Shown: piece by piece, positions 17,175 through 26,625 of the stretch
Position numbering within the stretch: the first letter of the stretch is position 1
Layout of the letters: each line of letters opens with the position of its first letter
Virus record (IMG/VR): IMGVR_UViG_3300045988_175607
Location: 111,956-175,955 of that record
Direction: 5' to 3' (one strand)
Origin: a virus
Length of the DNA: 64,000 nt
Program-made: the position numbers and the translations under genes
Notes under the pieces: model-generated
What the model was told of the DNA's origin: nothing
The model's database searches: none
Seen by the model: only the letters and a program-made list of their open reading frames with translations

Positions 17175-17588
17175 ATGATTAACTTTTATCACAAAGAAAC
17201 CGCCGCAACCACCTTCGCTAACCTTACACCTGGTGACATTTTCCGCAAGCCCGATTCTGAAAAAGGTTTTTGTTATCTAAAAACCTGTACAGGTGATGCA
17301 ATAAACCTTATTACTGGTTATTGCTTCTACTGGAATCCAGAAGATAAAGTAATTCCAATCCCTAATACTATTCCTTATACAAATAGTCTTACAGGTAATT
17401 TCAAAGCCTATTTTGATAATATTAGTCTTGGAGAAACTTTTACTATTGACAACACTTATGCTAGTTTTTATATAAAAACTCCCATAAGCGAAAATAAAGA
17501 AAATGCCATCAATCTTGTTACTGGTGAAGCTTGCCATTTTGATAGTAAACAATCTGTTAAAATTTTGCACATAGATATAGAGGACTAA
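17175..17588 (+). CDS. hypothetical protein, tandem paralog of 17591-18013 (shared GETFTIDN motif)
   Basis: Both products ~138 aa with conserved ...GETFTIDN...Y.K core. Confidence 0.5.
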   Translation: MINFYHKETAATTFANLTPGDIFRKPDSEKGFCYLKTCTGDAINLITGYCFYWNPEDKVIPIPNTIPYTNSLTGNFKAYFDNISLGETFTIDNTYASFYIKTPISENKENAINLVTGEACHFDSKQSVKILHIDIED

Positions 17589-17590
17589 AT

Positions 17591-18013
17591 ATGATTACCT
17601 TTGTTACCAAAAACCCTCCTAAACAAGTTCAAATCTCTGAGCTTAATACAACCGCCATTTTTGTAGAACCTTACTTCACAAAAAACCTTTATTACATGAA
17701 ATTAGGATATGCCGATTTCATTAATCTCGCAAATGGTTACTACGGCACTTGGGATCCTGACGTTCTTGTAACTCCAATAGACGCAAATTGTCCTATTGAC
17801 ATTTTTGTCAATAAAACCGCAGACCGCACTCGTTTTTCTGACATAGACTATGGTGAAACTTTTACTATTGACAATGCGGCATTTCAAAGCTACTATATGA
17901 AAATTGACACAAACATACCAAATTATAACGCTGTCAATTTTATCACTGGTAAATTGTGTTTCTTTGAATCAAACCAGCCCATTCAAATTGCGGCAATCTT
18001 TTATGAGGTGTGA
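17591..18013 (+). CDS. hypothetical protein, tandem paralog of 17175-17588
   Basis: See 17175-17588. Confidence 0.5.
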   Translation: MITFVTKNPPKQVQISELNTTAIFVEPYFTKNLYYMKLGYADFINLANGYYGTWDPDVLVTPIDANCPIDIFVNKTADRTRFSDIDYGETFTIDNAAFQSYYMKIDTNIPNYNAVNFITGKLCFFESNQPIQIAAIFYEV

Positions 18014-18019
18014 GCTTAC

Positions 18020-18214
18020 ATGGAATTTTCAAAAATAACTGATTTCTTTTACTACCATGGTATAACATACCTTAAAATAAAACCGACCCATATTTACGAA
18101 CGTGAAACCAATGCAATATTTATGGCTAATGCCATAAATCTCAAAACTCGCAAACCTGAATTTTTTGCGGATGATGAAATCGTAAACCCCGTAAACCTCA
18201 CATTTACACTATAA
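18020..18214 (+). CDS. hypothetical small protein (64 aa)
   Basis: ORF with RBS-like gaggtgtgagc upstream. Confidence 0.35.
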   Translation: MEFSKITDFFYYHGITYLKIKPTHIYERETNAIFMANAINLKTRKPEFFADDEIVNPVNLTFTL

Positions 18215-18229
18215 AAAAGGAGCTACACT

Positions 18230-18481
18230 ATGAAATCTTTTATCTACACTGCTAAATATATTCTTAAAACCATAGATGACGAATACAAGGAATACTGCGA
18301 CCATGGTATAGTCGTAGGTGACAGTTATGCCGAAGCTATGTCTCAACTCGAAAAATTTTATGATCCAGAAGATCTCTATGAACTTAAAATTGTGTCGCTT
18401 CGCGATGACGGCATAACTCTCCTCCCTAATCTTCCCGATGTAGATCTTGAAAGCGCAATAGTTGCGGAAAACATTTGTTGA
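18230..18481 (+). CDS. hypothetical small protein (83 aa)
   Basis: ATG after aaaaggagctacact. Confidence 0.45.
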   Translation: MKSFIYTAKYILKTIDDEYKEYCDHGIVVGDSYAEAMSQLEKFYDPEDLYELKIVSLRDDGITLLPNLPDVDLESAIVAENIC

Positions 18482-18500
18482 AAGTGAGCAAAACTCACTT

Positions 18501-19112
18501 TCAACAACTTCCAAAAGAAGAAAGTAGCTTAACACCTCGTATTGTTGCAGGTATCAAAAAGCAACCTAATACATTACCAACTGCGGCAATCAATAGCGCA
18601 AATAACATTTTCGTAGTAGCCTGCGCTGTAAGTGCGCTAATCCAAAAGTAGAAAGAGTAAGCTATTGAATGTGTGAACCCCGCAACTAAAAACGCAAACA
18701 CATACATAATTGTCTCAAGCGCAGTTTCAGCTTTAACGCCCGCATAAACCAACACGCCGCAAAATATGCTGCGCACAAACACACTTAATAATTCCTCAAC
18801 TTGCGCACGCGAAATTGCCAATGCGATTTCCGATGAATCCACATTCCACATAAGTAACGCCGCAAGCGCAACCAAAAAAGTGCCAAGCGCATTAAACGCA
18901 AATATTCTCCCTAATTCTATTGCGGCTTTTGGAGCTTTAACTCTTTCTTCAATCATAAGTCCCGCTTTACCCGTTAGAAGACGCAATCCGAACCTTTTAA
19001 CCATAAGCAAGCCAATAGCAAAAAGAATTAAACCCACATAATTGGGCGCGCACAGACTGGCCACGCACCCTAAGGCTATTACTACCCCCGCTAAAATTTC
19101 AAGCAAATACAT
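18501..19112 (-). CDS. multi-pass membrane protein with an FNT-like GF(T)HSIA motif
   Basis: About 6 TM helices; AGFTHSIAYSF resembles the formate/nitrite transporter GFEHSIAN motif; locally GC-richer and on the opposite strand to its neighbours. Confidence 0.45.
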   Translation of the reverse strand: MYLLEILAGVVIALGCVASLCAPNYVGLILFAIGLLMVKRFGLRLLTGKAGLMIEERVKAPKAAIELGRIFAFNALGTFLVALAALLMWNVDSSEIALAISRAQVEELLSVFVRSIFCGVLVYAGVKAETALETIMYVFAFLVAGFTHSIAYSFYFWISALTAQATTKMLFALLIAAVGNVLGCFLIPATIRGVKLLSSFGSC

Positions 19113-19202
19113 TAATTATTTTTACCCCACAGTAAGTCTTTTAATATATTTATTATAACAAAAAATTTTGTTTCCGTCAAGAAAGAGAAAGGAATACCGA
19201 AA

Positions 19203-19529
19203 ATGATGAAACTAATACCTGCAGAAATGTCCGTGAAGCTTACCCTGCGCAAGCGCAATAAAAAGTTTAATCAAACAAGAAAGGCCGCAATAAGAGCTAT
19301 TAAAAGCGCCGCAAATAACGGAAAATATATTACTCTAACAAACATCCCTGATGATTGGACTGACGAAGAATTTCTCGCCTTTTGGACTTATTTTACTACT
19401 CAGGGTTATGCTCTTAAAGCTCTTGGAGTCGGAAACGATTATTGGACAAATTCTAAAGCGGCCATTAATCAATATCAAAAATATCCATTTAGTAGTATTG
19501 TTATATCATGGGAGCCTAAAAATGTCTGA
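19203..19529 (+). CDS. member 1 of a four-gene tandem paralog family (~100 aa, C-terminal ...(I/V)SW)
   Basis: NNGKYITLTNIPDDWTDEEFLAFWTYFTTQGYAL...ISWEPKNV; compare 19522, 20116, 20406. Confidence 0.5.
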   Translation: MMKLIPAEMSVKLTLRKRNKKFNQTRKAAIRAIKSAANNGKYITLTNIPDDWTDEEFLAFWTYFTTQGYALKALGVGNDYWTNSKAAINQYQKYPFSSIVISWEPKNV

Positions 19530-19833
19530 ACTAATAAATGCTAAAACTGCCGCCGAACGCTCTAAGATTGCACGCGCAAAAGCTTTTGAAAGAGCAAAAT
19601 CTGCCGCAGTAGAAAAAATCAATAACGCAATTCAAAATGGAAATTATAGTATTGTTATTGATTTAATTTCCCCCTGGACTAAAGACGAATTCAAAAATTT
19701 CTGGGACTACTTTGCCGCAAAAGGTTATCATCTCCAGCTAGGCGTTTATACTGATCGTGAAGAAGCTACAGAAAAATATATTAATGAATTTGGCAATTGG
19801 TATCTTACCGTCTCTTGGGGTGATGACTCTTGA
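19522..19833 (+). CDS. member 2 of the -SW paralog family
   Basis: QNGNYSIVIDLISPWTKDEFKNFWDYFAAKGYHL...VSWGDDS; ATG overlaps the previous stop (ATGTCTGA). Confidence 0.5.
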   Translation: MSELINAKTAAERSKIARAKAFERAKSAAVEKINNAIQNGNYSIVIDLISPWTKDEFKNFWDYFAAKGYHLQLGVYTDREEATEKYINEFGNWYLTVSWGDDS

Positions 19834-20066
19834 CATTCCAAGAGGCCACTAAATCCGTAGAAAACGCCCTGTCTTGCGCTCGTGAGATGGGGCAATTAGA
19901 GTACCCATTAATGCCAACGGCACTTGACCCTCAATTTGCCGAAGGGTCAGACGCACTCACGCAGTTGCTATTGTGGTTGCGGCAACGTGGCTGTACCTAT
20001 CGGCGCGAGGAGTTTTTCTCACCATTTGCAAATGAGAATAGAATAATATATAATATTAGACAATAA
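19830..20066 (+). CDS. hypothetical protein in a locally GC-rich (~50%) patch; coding status uncertain
   Basis: TTG-initiated ORF; the composition break 19850-20030 could equally be a structured RNA or a recent insertion. Confidence 0.3.
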   Translation: MTFQEATKSVENALSCAREMGQLEYPLMPTALDPQFAEGSDALTQLLLWLRQRGCTYRREEFFSPFANENRIIYNIRQ

Positions 20067-20115
20067 TAAAAAAATATAATATAATATATATATAATAAAA
20101 AAAGGAGAACAAGAT

Positions 20116-20412
20116 ATGTATTATGCTTATGAACTTCAAAATATAATGCACAATAATGCCAGAAATTATCTTAATACAGCTTTACAAGAAATAGATGATA
20201 AAATGCTTGATACTGCTACAAGAGGCGAAGATAGGGTAGAAATATGTCTTAATTTCCTCTGTGATAAAACAAGGATTGCATACTGGTCTGACGAAGATTG
20301 TAATTATATAACTAATACTCTTAGAACTTTTGGATATGAAATAATTAGTGTTCGTAAAGAACATCCTAATAGTTTTAAAGTAACTCTTTATTATGTAACA
20401 ATAAAGTGGTGA
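20116..20412 (+). CDS. member 3 of the -SW paralog family
   Basis: ...YNYITNTLRTFGYEIISVRK...YYVTIKW. Confidence 0.45.
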   Translation: MYYAYELQNIMHNNARNYLNTALQEIDDKMLDTATRGEDRVEICLNFLCDKTRIAYWSDEDCNYITNTLRTFGYEIISVRKEHPNSFKVTLYYVTIKW

Positions 20413-20711
20413 TAAATATGAATATGTTAACTGCCGCAGAAGCTCATAAAATTACAAAAGAAACAAATCTTAATGATTTAAGAAAAGGTCTTGAAAAAGC
20501 CACTAATCAAATAATGAATGCTGCTAAAAAAGGAAAATATAGCACTGATATTTGTATTAACGCCATTACTTATTTTACAATAAATGATAATGATAGTGAA
20601 CTCTTTGTTAAAGCTCTTAACGAACTTGGATATAAGTCTCAAAAAATTCGTAAAAAACTCCTTGAACCAGAAAATAATAAATGCCTTTATTTTGTAACGG
20701 TGAGTTGGTAA
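20406..20711 (+). CDS. member 4 of the -SW paralog family
   Basis: AAKKGKYSTDICINAITYF...ELFVKALNELGYKSQ...YFVTVSW. Confidence 0.45.
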   Translation: MVINMNMLTAAEAHKITKETNLNDLRKGLEKATNQIMNAAKKGKYSTDICINAITYFTINDNDSELFVKALNELGYKSQKIRKKLLEPENNKCLYFVTVSW

Positions 20712-21406
20712 TGATACTAGAAAAACAGTTTGAAAAAATAATTTTTAACCATAACAAATGGTTACAATCTTACGGTGAATTTGGCTCTCCTCTCTATATC
20801 TATGATGAAGAATTTTGCTGTGACATTGATCATGCCAATTTTCATCTTGCCCAATTTGAAAATTGTTGGTTTAGATGTTGCGATTTTACCGATTGTGATT
20901 TTACTAAAACACAATTTTCTAATTGCCGCTTTGTCGAATGCCACTTCAGTGGCGATTTCCGCGACGCTCACTTTTTCCGCACTAATCTTAATGGTCTTGA
21001 TTTGAGCTTCGCTCAAAATCTTGAATGGGCTACATTTAAAGAAGAATGCTCTTACAAGAACATTCAATGCCCTGATACAGGCTCTTTTATAGGCTGGGCT
21101 TTAGCCTATCATTGGGGCGATTTAATGCTTGTCAAACTTGAGATTCCTGAAGATGCTTTGCGCTCAAGCGCCGCCGACCGCGTATGCCGCACCAATAAGG
21201 CTAAAGTCCTAGATATATGTTTATGTAATGGCGCGCACGTTGATTTCGAGAGCGCGGCAGCCGCCCAACTTAACCCTATTATTACTTTCACTGTTGGAGA
21301 AACTATTGAAATAAAAGATTTCAATCAAAACCGTTGGAGAATTGATACTCCTTGTATTCAATTTTTTATAACTAAACAAGATGCGATGGATTATTATTAT
21401 GGGTAA
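20711..21406 (+). CDS. pentapeptide-repeat protein with a C-terminal domain paralogous to 21412-21792
   Basis: ANFHLAQFENCWFRCCDFTDCDFTKTQFSNCRFVECHFSGDFRDAHFFRTNLNGLDLSFA has the A(D/N)LxX periodicity; C-terminal KLEIPEDALRS..ADR.C...KAKVL similar to the next gene. Confidence 0.6.
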   Translation: MILEKQFEKIIFNHNKWLQSYGEFGSPLYIYDEEFCCDIDHANFHLAQFENCWFRCCDFTDCDFTKTQFSNCRFVECHFSGDFRDAHFFRTNLNGLDLSFAQNLEWATFKEECSYKNIQCPDTGSFIGWALAYHWGDLMLVKLEIPEDALRSSAADRVCRTNKAKVLDICLCNGAHVDFESAAAAQLNPIITFTVGETIEIKDFNQNRWRIDTPCIQFFITKQDAMDYYYG

Positions 21407-21411
21407 TATAT

Positions 21412-21792
21412 ATGAGATATTACAATAACCCTTGCCCAGAAAAAGGGCCTTTTATAGCTTATAAACTTGGTTGGTTAGATGTTATAAATCGAGTACCCGC
21501 TATAATTAAATTAGAAATTCCCACAGATGCAATTGTTGATTCCCGGTGCTTCCGCGCCGATAGAGCTAAAGTTATTAAAATTATGACTTTGGATGAAAGG
21601 CCAGCAAAAGAAAAGAAAGCTCGCGCCTTTTGGCTTTGTAATTTTGTTTATCCTTTAGACGAAATAGTTTATGCCGCAGATGGAACAGAAGAGGGTATTT
21701 TTGGCTCTTGGATACATTTCTTTATAGAATTTAGAGATGTTATTAACTATCTTGAAGATCTTAGTGAATTAGGATTAATAAAATATGAATAA
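21412..21792 (+). CDS. hypothetical protein sharing a domain with the 20711-21406 C-terminus
   Basis: IIKLEIPTDAIVDSRCFRADRAKVIKI versus LVKLEIPEDALRSSAADRVCRTNKAKVLDI. Confidence 0.5.
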   Translation: MRYYNNPCPEKGPFIAYKLGWLDVINRVPAIIKLEIPTDAIVDSRCFRADRAKVIKIMTLDERPAKEKKARAFWLCNFVYPLDEIVYAADGTEEGIFGSWIHFFIEFRDVINYLEDLSELGLIKYE

Positions 21793-22039
21793 TAAACGAA
21801 AAAAACTTTATCAAAAATGGATACTTTTAAAAATTGCGTTTTGGGGGTCCACGGTCGGTATGTTCGCCGCAATCTTCGTAGTTCCTGCCATTGTCGCAAT
21901 TCTCAATGTTGCCACCTCATGGTTTCTTCTTATTATACCTTTTTGCGCGATAATTGCAATAAGTTTTTATTGTTTGCGCGAAAACTATGTGGTTGAAGAA
22001 CTTAAAGAAACAGAATTTGAATTGTACTACTTGCGGTGA
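21785..22039 (+). CDS. small membrane protein (84 aa, 2 TM)
   Basis: Hydrophobic segments; followed by terminator cttgcggtgatacctctcaccgcaag plus T-run. Confidence 0.45.
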   Translation: MNNKRKKLYQKWILLKIAFWGSTVGMFAAIFVVPAIVAILNVATSWFLLIIPFCAIIAISFYCLRENYVVEELKETEFELYYLR

Positions 22040-22131
22040 TACCTCTCACCGCAAGTTCTTTTTTTATTTTTTATAAAAAATATAGTATTATATATACATA
22101 AAGAAAAGAAAAAGAAAAGGAGAAAAGCACA

Positions 22132-22488
22132 ATGACTTACAAGACTATGGATACCCCCGTTATAGACTTCAATGACCTTGCTTGCGCTTATCAGGAAGAG
22201 TTTGAGGAAGAACTTCGTGTTGAGGATCTTTTTGTTGATCTGCACGGCGAACCCCTCGATTACATTGATGCTTTTGGAGCCTATCGCTTTTTCCTTGATA
22301 CCAATCGCGATAAGCCTTGGGTAACTCCGACCGTGGAAAAGGCCAGCATAGTAATCTATGAATACTTTAATGTTCCTAAGACTTACACTAACGTCTTGAT
22401 AGACCTCTCCAATGCCAGTCTTAAACAGTTTGGCTATGAAGATCTTGAGTTTGATCCCCATCTTGACGATGACCTTTATGAAGATTAA
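22132..22488 (+). CDS. acidic hypothetical protein (118 aa)
   Basis: RBS aaaaggagaaaagcaca; downstream of a conserved promoter motif. Confidence 0.5.
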   Translation: MTYKTMDTPVIDFNDLACAYQEEFEEELRVEDLFVDLHGEPLDYIDAFGAYRFFLDTNRDKPWVTPTVEKASIVIYEYFNVPKTYTNVLIDLSNASLKQFGYEDLEFDPHLDDDLYED

Positions 22489-22503
22489 GGAGTTGATAAA
22501 GTT

Positions 22504-23238
22504 ATGAGCGCATTAGTGGCAAAATCTTATCAAGGCTTAGAACAGATTTGTGAACCCTACACTGTTAATGGCCGCATGTATGTAAAAATTCGTACCAAGA
22601 GTGGAACAGAAAAACAAGTGCGCGCTTACTCTGAGAAGGAATTTGCGAAGCTTTATCCCACGGCCTTATTTGAAGAGCGCAGCTCTTCAAATAAGAGTCT
22701 TAAAGAAGTTCTTGGCTTTACCAAAGGCTATATAACAATCTTTGCGGGAGAGACCTATGCGGCGCTTGAATGGTTCCGGTATAGTCCCGCGCGATTCCAC
22801 AAACTTTTTGGTTGGTATTTTACTTCAACCGAAGAACTGCCGCAAGATGTTCCTTCTTGTATTGAACCGAAACAACTCCTTTGGGCAAAAGTGGCTAAAG
22901 ATGATAATACACTTTTGCCGGATGCCGCAGTCCTTGCCGCAGTTAATGAGCTGATTTACCCGCCCTCTACTTCTCAGTTTGTTGGCGAAGTGGGCGAACG
23001 CATAGAGCGCGTTTTAACTGTGAAGCGCGCAATCCCCATTGAGGGCAACTATGCACCCAGCACTATGCACGTTATGATTGATGAAGAAGGCAATGAATTT
23101 GTTTGGGTTACAAGCGCGCGCACCCTTGAACAGGGCATGATATACAATGTGCGCGGCACTGTTAAAGCGCACAAAGTCTATCAAAATACTCGGCAAAGTT
23201 ACCTAACGCGCTGCACAGTCACGGAGGTTCCCGCATGA
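22504..23238 (+). CDS. hypothetical protein (244 aa)
   Basis: RBS aaggag 8 nt upstream. Confidence 0.5.
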   Translation: MSALVAKSYQGLEQICEPYTVNGRMYVKIRTKSGTEKQVRAYSEKEFAKLYPTALFEERSSSNKSLKEVLGFTKGYITIFAGETYAALEWFRYSPARFHKLFGWYFTSTEELPQDVPSCIEPKQLLWAKVAKDDNTLLPDAAVLAAVNELIYPPSTSQFVGEVGERIERVLTVKRAIPIEGNYAPSTMHVMIDEEGNEFVWVTSARTLEQGMIYNVRGTVKAHKVYQNTRQSYLTRCTVTEVPA

Positions 23239-23633
23239 TGATAATAACAATACTTTATTCAATAATTATGATTGCGTGCATCGCACAGCACATTCAGGGT
23301 TTTCCTTGTTCTTGGAATGTAACCTTTCCTATGCTTACCGCTTGCTGCATTGCAATGTATGGTACTGCTGAAGATATGTGTTATGAGGATTTGCGTAAGC
23401 TTTGCGCTAACCCCGATAAAGAAGCTGAAATGCCGCAAATGCGCTATTATCTTACTGAACCTGGCCTTTTTTATAGCTGGCTTCTGTTTAATTGGATAGT
23501 TTATGTTGTGGCGCCACAGGCTCAGCAATATTGGTGGCCTATATATATTTCAGCCTTTATAGTAATACTATATTCAATATATAGTCGATTACTTGACCAG
23601 AAGATAACACTTGAAAATCTTTATAATAAATGA
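23235..23633 (+). CDS. membrane protein (132 aa)
   Basis: Three or four hydrophobic helices; start overlaps the previous stop. Confidence 0.45.
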   Translation: MMIITILYSIIMIACIAQHIQGFPCSWNVTFPMLTACCIAMYGTAEDMCYEDLRKLCANPDKEAEMPQMRYYLTEPGLFYSWLLFNWIVYVVAPQAQQYWWPIYISAFIVILYSIYSRLLDQKITLENLYNK

Positions 23634-23669
23634 TATAATAATTATATAAAATTAGAAAGGAGTAGATTT

Positions 23670-23912
23670 ATGAAATTTCATGTTGATGCACCTTGGACAC
23701 GCGATTGCCCCATTGAAACCGTTGCCTGGAATCTTAACATAATAAGGGAGCAGCTTATCGAAGATTTGATAGATGCCCTCGCGGCTGAACCTAATTGGGA
23801 GGATTTTGATGTACAGTGTCAGTGTTATGATAGGGTTGGCATAGATAGTGATACTCTCACTCCTGCCGAGGAAGAGTACATTGTCCGTGAAGTCATGAGT
23901 CGCCACATCTAA
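23670..23912 (+). CDS. acidic small protein (80 aa)
   Basis: RBS aaaggag. Confidence 0.45.
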   Translation: MKFHVDAPWTRDCPIETVAWNLNIIREQLIEDLIDALAAEPNWEDFDVQCQCYDRVGIDSDTLTPAEEEYIVREVMSRHI

Positions 23913-24040
23913 TTTTATTTTATATAGATTATTGTTAGTTCGTATGATTATTTCTTCTAGGTTAATGCGTTCTAACACATCCGTTTAATAGTTTATATAT
24001 AGAAGAAGAAAGAAGGGTAGGGTCTTAGCGCCACTACTCT

Positions 24041-24085
24041 TTTTTTATTTTTTTTAAAAAATATTGTATAATATATATATAAAGT
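24041..24085 (+). promoter_or_regulatory. conserved phage promoter motif
   Basis: ttttttattttttttaaaaaatattgTATAATatatatataaag. Confidence 0.5.
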
Positions 24086-24109
24086 AAGTAAGAAAAAGAG
24101 GTAATAAAA

Positions 24110-25945
24110 ATGCTGTTCAATAAGCTCTCTGATTCTGATAAGGATATGATTTCTAATTACATTAGTTATTATGCTGGTTGCCCCAATGGACAGCATCAGG
24201 CCTCCCTTGAATATATTTTGCGCTATTGGGATACAGAAAAATCAGATTATCTTTATGATTTGATGGGTCATGAGTTCATTCTTGAGAAGAAGATAAATTA
24301 TACTAAGAATAACACTCTTATAGCTGAAAGCATTTCTGATGTCCTCAAGATGGAAGGTCATCAGTTTGAAATGGAGTATCTTAATAAAATCATTCGTCCT
24401 CTGCGCTCAAGTATAAATTGGTTTGGTGGAGCGCGCACTGATAATGAGCAGTACAGAATAATTTGCTATTATGCGCTCGAAAAGCTGATGGATCCTGTAA
24501 CCTTGGCCGCAAATCTCTATGATGGTGTATCCCTTAAGATAGCCAATCCAAAAGATGGAAATCACCCCATTCCTTTGAATCAGGGATGTAAGGTTATACG
24601 AGTCCTTGGCAAGATTGCTGATGCTTACGATCTTGAAGGTTATGAAGAATTTCGTCTTGCGCATTCTCGTGTACTTAATGATAAAAAGATTTCTGGTACT
24701 CTGTGTCTTTCTATACATCCTATGGATTATATGACCATGAGTGATAACAATAGTGATTGGGAAAGCTGCATGAACTGGCAGAATGATGGTTGTTATCGTC
24801 AGGGAACCGTAGAGATGATGAATAGCCCCATGGTAGTAGTAGGCTATCTTAAATCCAAAGATGATATGTATGTTGGTACGGACCATAAGTGGAATAATAA
24901 GCGTTGGCGTTGTCTTTTCCTCGTAACTGCGGATTTCATCACCAGCATTATGGCTTATCCCTATCCGCATGAAAAGCTAACCGTGGCTTGCGTTGATTGG
25001 CTGCGCGATTTGGCTATGCAGAATCTTGGGTGGAGATATGATGATGACAAACCTACCACCTATAAGTCTCAGGGTATAGATGTTGTGCGCTCCGATGGTA
25101 AAATCAATGTTATTACTAAGGGCGATTGGTATGATCATGTAGGGCTTACTCTTCATGGCGAAGATGTTACTGAAGATGAAATATATCATTATATTGAGAA
25201 AAATCCTGATACTTGTGACGCAAAGATAGCACGTTTTTGTTTTGAGACTTATCTGATGTATAATGATTTTAGCCGCACTGATCATTACGCTTATTTTAAC
25301 ACCGCAGGCATTCTTACTGATTATTCAATTAAATGCAGCAGGCCAGATAAATATAGTCCTATTCAAAATTATGTTTATTATTCCGGCAAATCTGAATGCA
25401 TGAATTGCGGCAACATAGATGTAGATTTTGCCGATGAAGGACAGCTTTGTTGCACTAATTGTGATGATTATATAACCTGTGAAAAGTGCGGTGAACGCAT
25501 TTCGCAAAGTGAAGCCTATGTAATGGATGGGTACTATTATTGTGAATGCTGTTACCATGAAGATGTAGGGTGCTGCGACGTTTGTGGTGAAGATAATTAT
25601 AATGATTATTTGAAAAATATTAACTTCATTCCAAAACGTATATATGACGTTCTCATCGAAGAACAGGATCATAGACATTATAATTGGCGTTGGTTAAATA
25701 ATCAGATTGCTTATACAATGACCTTTTGTGAAAGTTGTGCGGACGAACTTAGAAGGACTATCGGGCATGAGGAAATTAGTTATGAATACGATCTTTATAT
25801 GCCTTATAATGATGAGATTCTTGAAAAGATGGCTCACAATTGCACTACCACTTATCTTGCAGATTGTATTAAAAGAGATAAAGATGATACCCAAGAAGAG
25901 CTTTCTGAAAAAGTAATCCGCGAAAATCTTTACCCTACGTTTTAA
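24110..25945 (+). CDS. large protein (611 aa) with a C-terminal cluster of CxxC zinc-ribbon repeats
   Basis: CMNCGN...CCTNCDDYITCEKCGE...CECCYHEDVGCCDVCGE. Confidence 0.5.
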   Translation: MLFNKLSDSDKDMISNYISYYAGCPNGQHQASLEYILRYWDTEKSDYLYDLMGHEFILEKKINYTKNNTLIAESISDVLKMEGHQFEMEYLNKIIRPLRSSINWFGGARTDNEQYRIICYYALEKLMDPVTLAANLYDGVSLKIANPKDGNHPIPLNQGCKVIRVLGKIADAYDLEGYEEFRLAHSRVLNDKKISGTLCLSIHPMDYMTMSDNNSDWESCMNWQNDGCYRQGTVEMMNSPMVVVGYLKSKDDMYVGTDHKWNNKRWRCLFLVTADFITSIMAYPYPHEKLTVACVDWLRDLAMQNLGWRYDDDKPTTYKSQGIDVVRSDGKINVITKGDWYDHVGLTLHGEDVTEDEIYHYIEKNPDTCDAKIARFCFETYLMYNDFSRTDHYAYFNTAGILTDYSIKCSRPDKYSPIQNYVYYSGKSECMNCGNIDVDFADEGQLCCTNCDDYITCEKCGERISQSEAYVMDGYYYCECCYHEDVGCCDVCGEDNYNDYLKNINFIPKRIYDVLIEEQDHRHYNWRWLNNQIAYTMTFCESCADELRRTIGHEEISYEYDLYMPYNDEILEKMAHNCTTTYLADCIKRDKDDTQEELSEKVIRENLYPTF

Positions 25946-25953
25946 GAAAATTT

Positions 25954-25995
25954 TTGATTTTAAATAAAAAAAATAGTATTATATATATACAAAAT
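25954..25995 (+). promoter_or_regulatory. conserved phage promoter motif (TTGATT-N17-TATTAT-ATATATAC)
   Basis: ttTTGATTttaaataaaaaaaatagTATTATatatatacaaaataaagg. Confidence 0.5.
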
Positions 25996-26023
25996 AAAGG
26001 AAACAAGAAAGGAAAAAATAACT

Positions 26024-26437
26024 ATGAAGAACACTTTTGCTAAGGAAACCAAGAAGGATATTTACACTCAGATGATAGACCTCTTTAATCACATAGAGGG
26101 CGCCGATGTTCAGAAGTTTATAGATTTCTGCACCGGTGAGATAGAGCTGCTTGACCGTAAGGCTCAGAAGGCCAAGGAGACCGCTGAGAGGAAGAAGTCT
26201 GAGGGCGATGAGCTGCGTGATGCCGTCGAGAATGTACTGATGGAGAATGATGCGTTCATGTCCATAGATGAGATAATGGCAGCACTGGGTGACAATGAGG
26301 ATATAACTCGCTCCAAGGTTATATACCGTCTGAGTGCTCTGGCTGGTCTTGGCCGAGTAGAGAAGGATGAGCGCAAGACTGAGAATGCTGAAGGCGGTCG
26401 CGCTCGTAAGATGGCAATCTACAAGATAGTAAAGTGA
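26024..26437 (+). CDS. hypothetical acidic protein (137 aa)
   Basis: GC-richer codon usage; terminator gagggctaacgccctc plus T-run downstream. Confidence 0.5.
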   Translation: MKNTFAKETKKDIYTQMIDLFNHIEGADVQKFIDFCTGEIELLDRKAQKAKETAERKKSEGDELRDAVENVLMENDAFMSIDEIMAALGDNEDITRSKVIYRLSALAGLGRVEKDERKTENAEGGRARKMAIYKIVK

Positions 26438-26625
26438 AAAGAGGGCTAACGCCCTCTTTTCTTTTTCTTTTATTTTGGGGCGTAGCTCCCAAAGGCTGCT
26501 CGCGCCGCAGACGCTAGCATAAAACCGCAAGCCCAAAATAAAAAAGGCTTTGGGAAATTTTTGCTTGATATTACTACTTTTTTATGTTATAATATTTATA
26601 TATAGACGTAGAAAGGAAGTAATAT

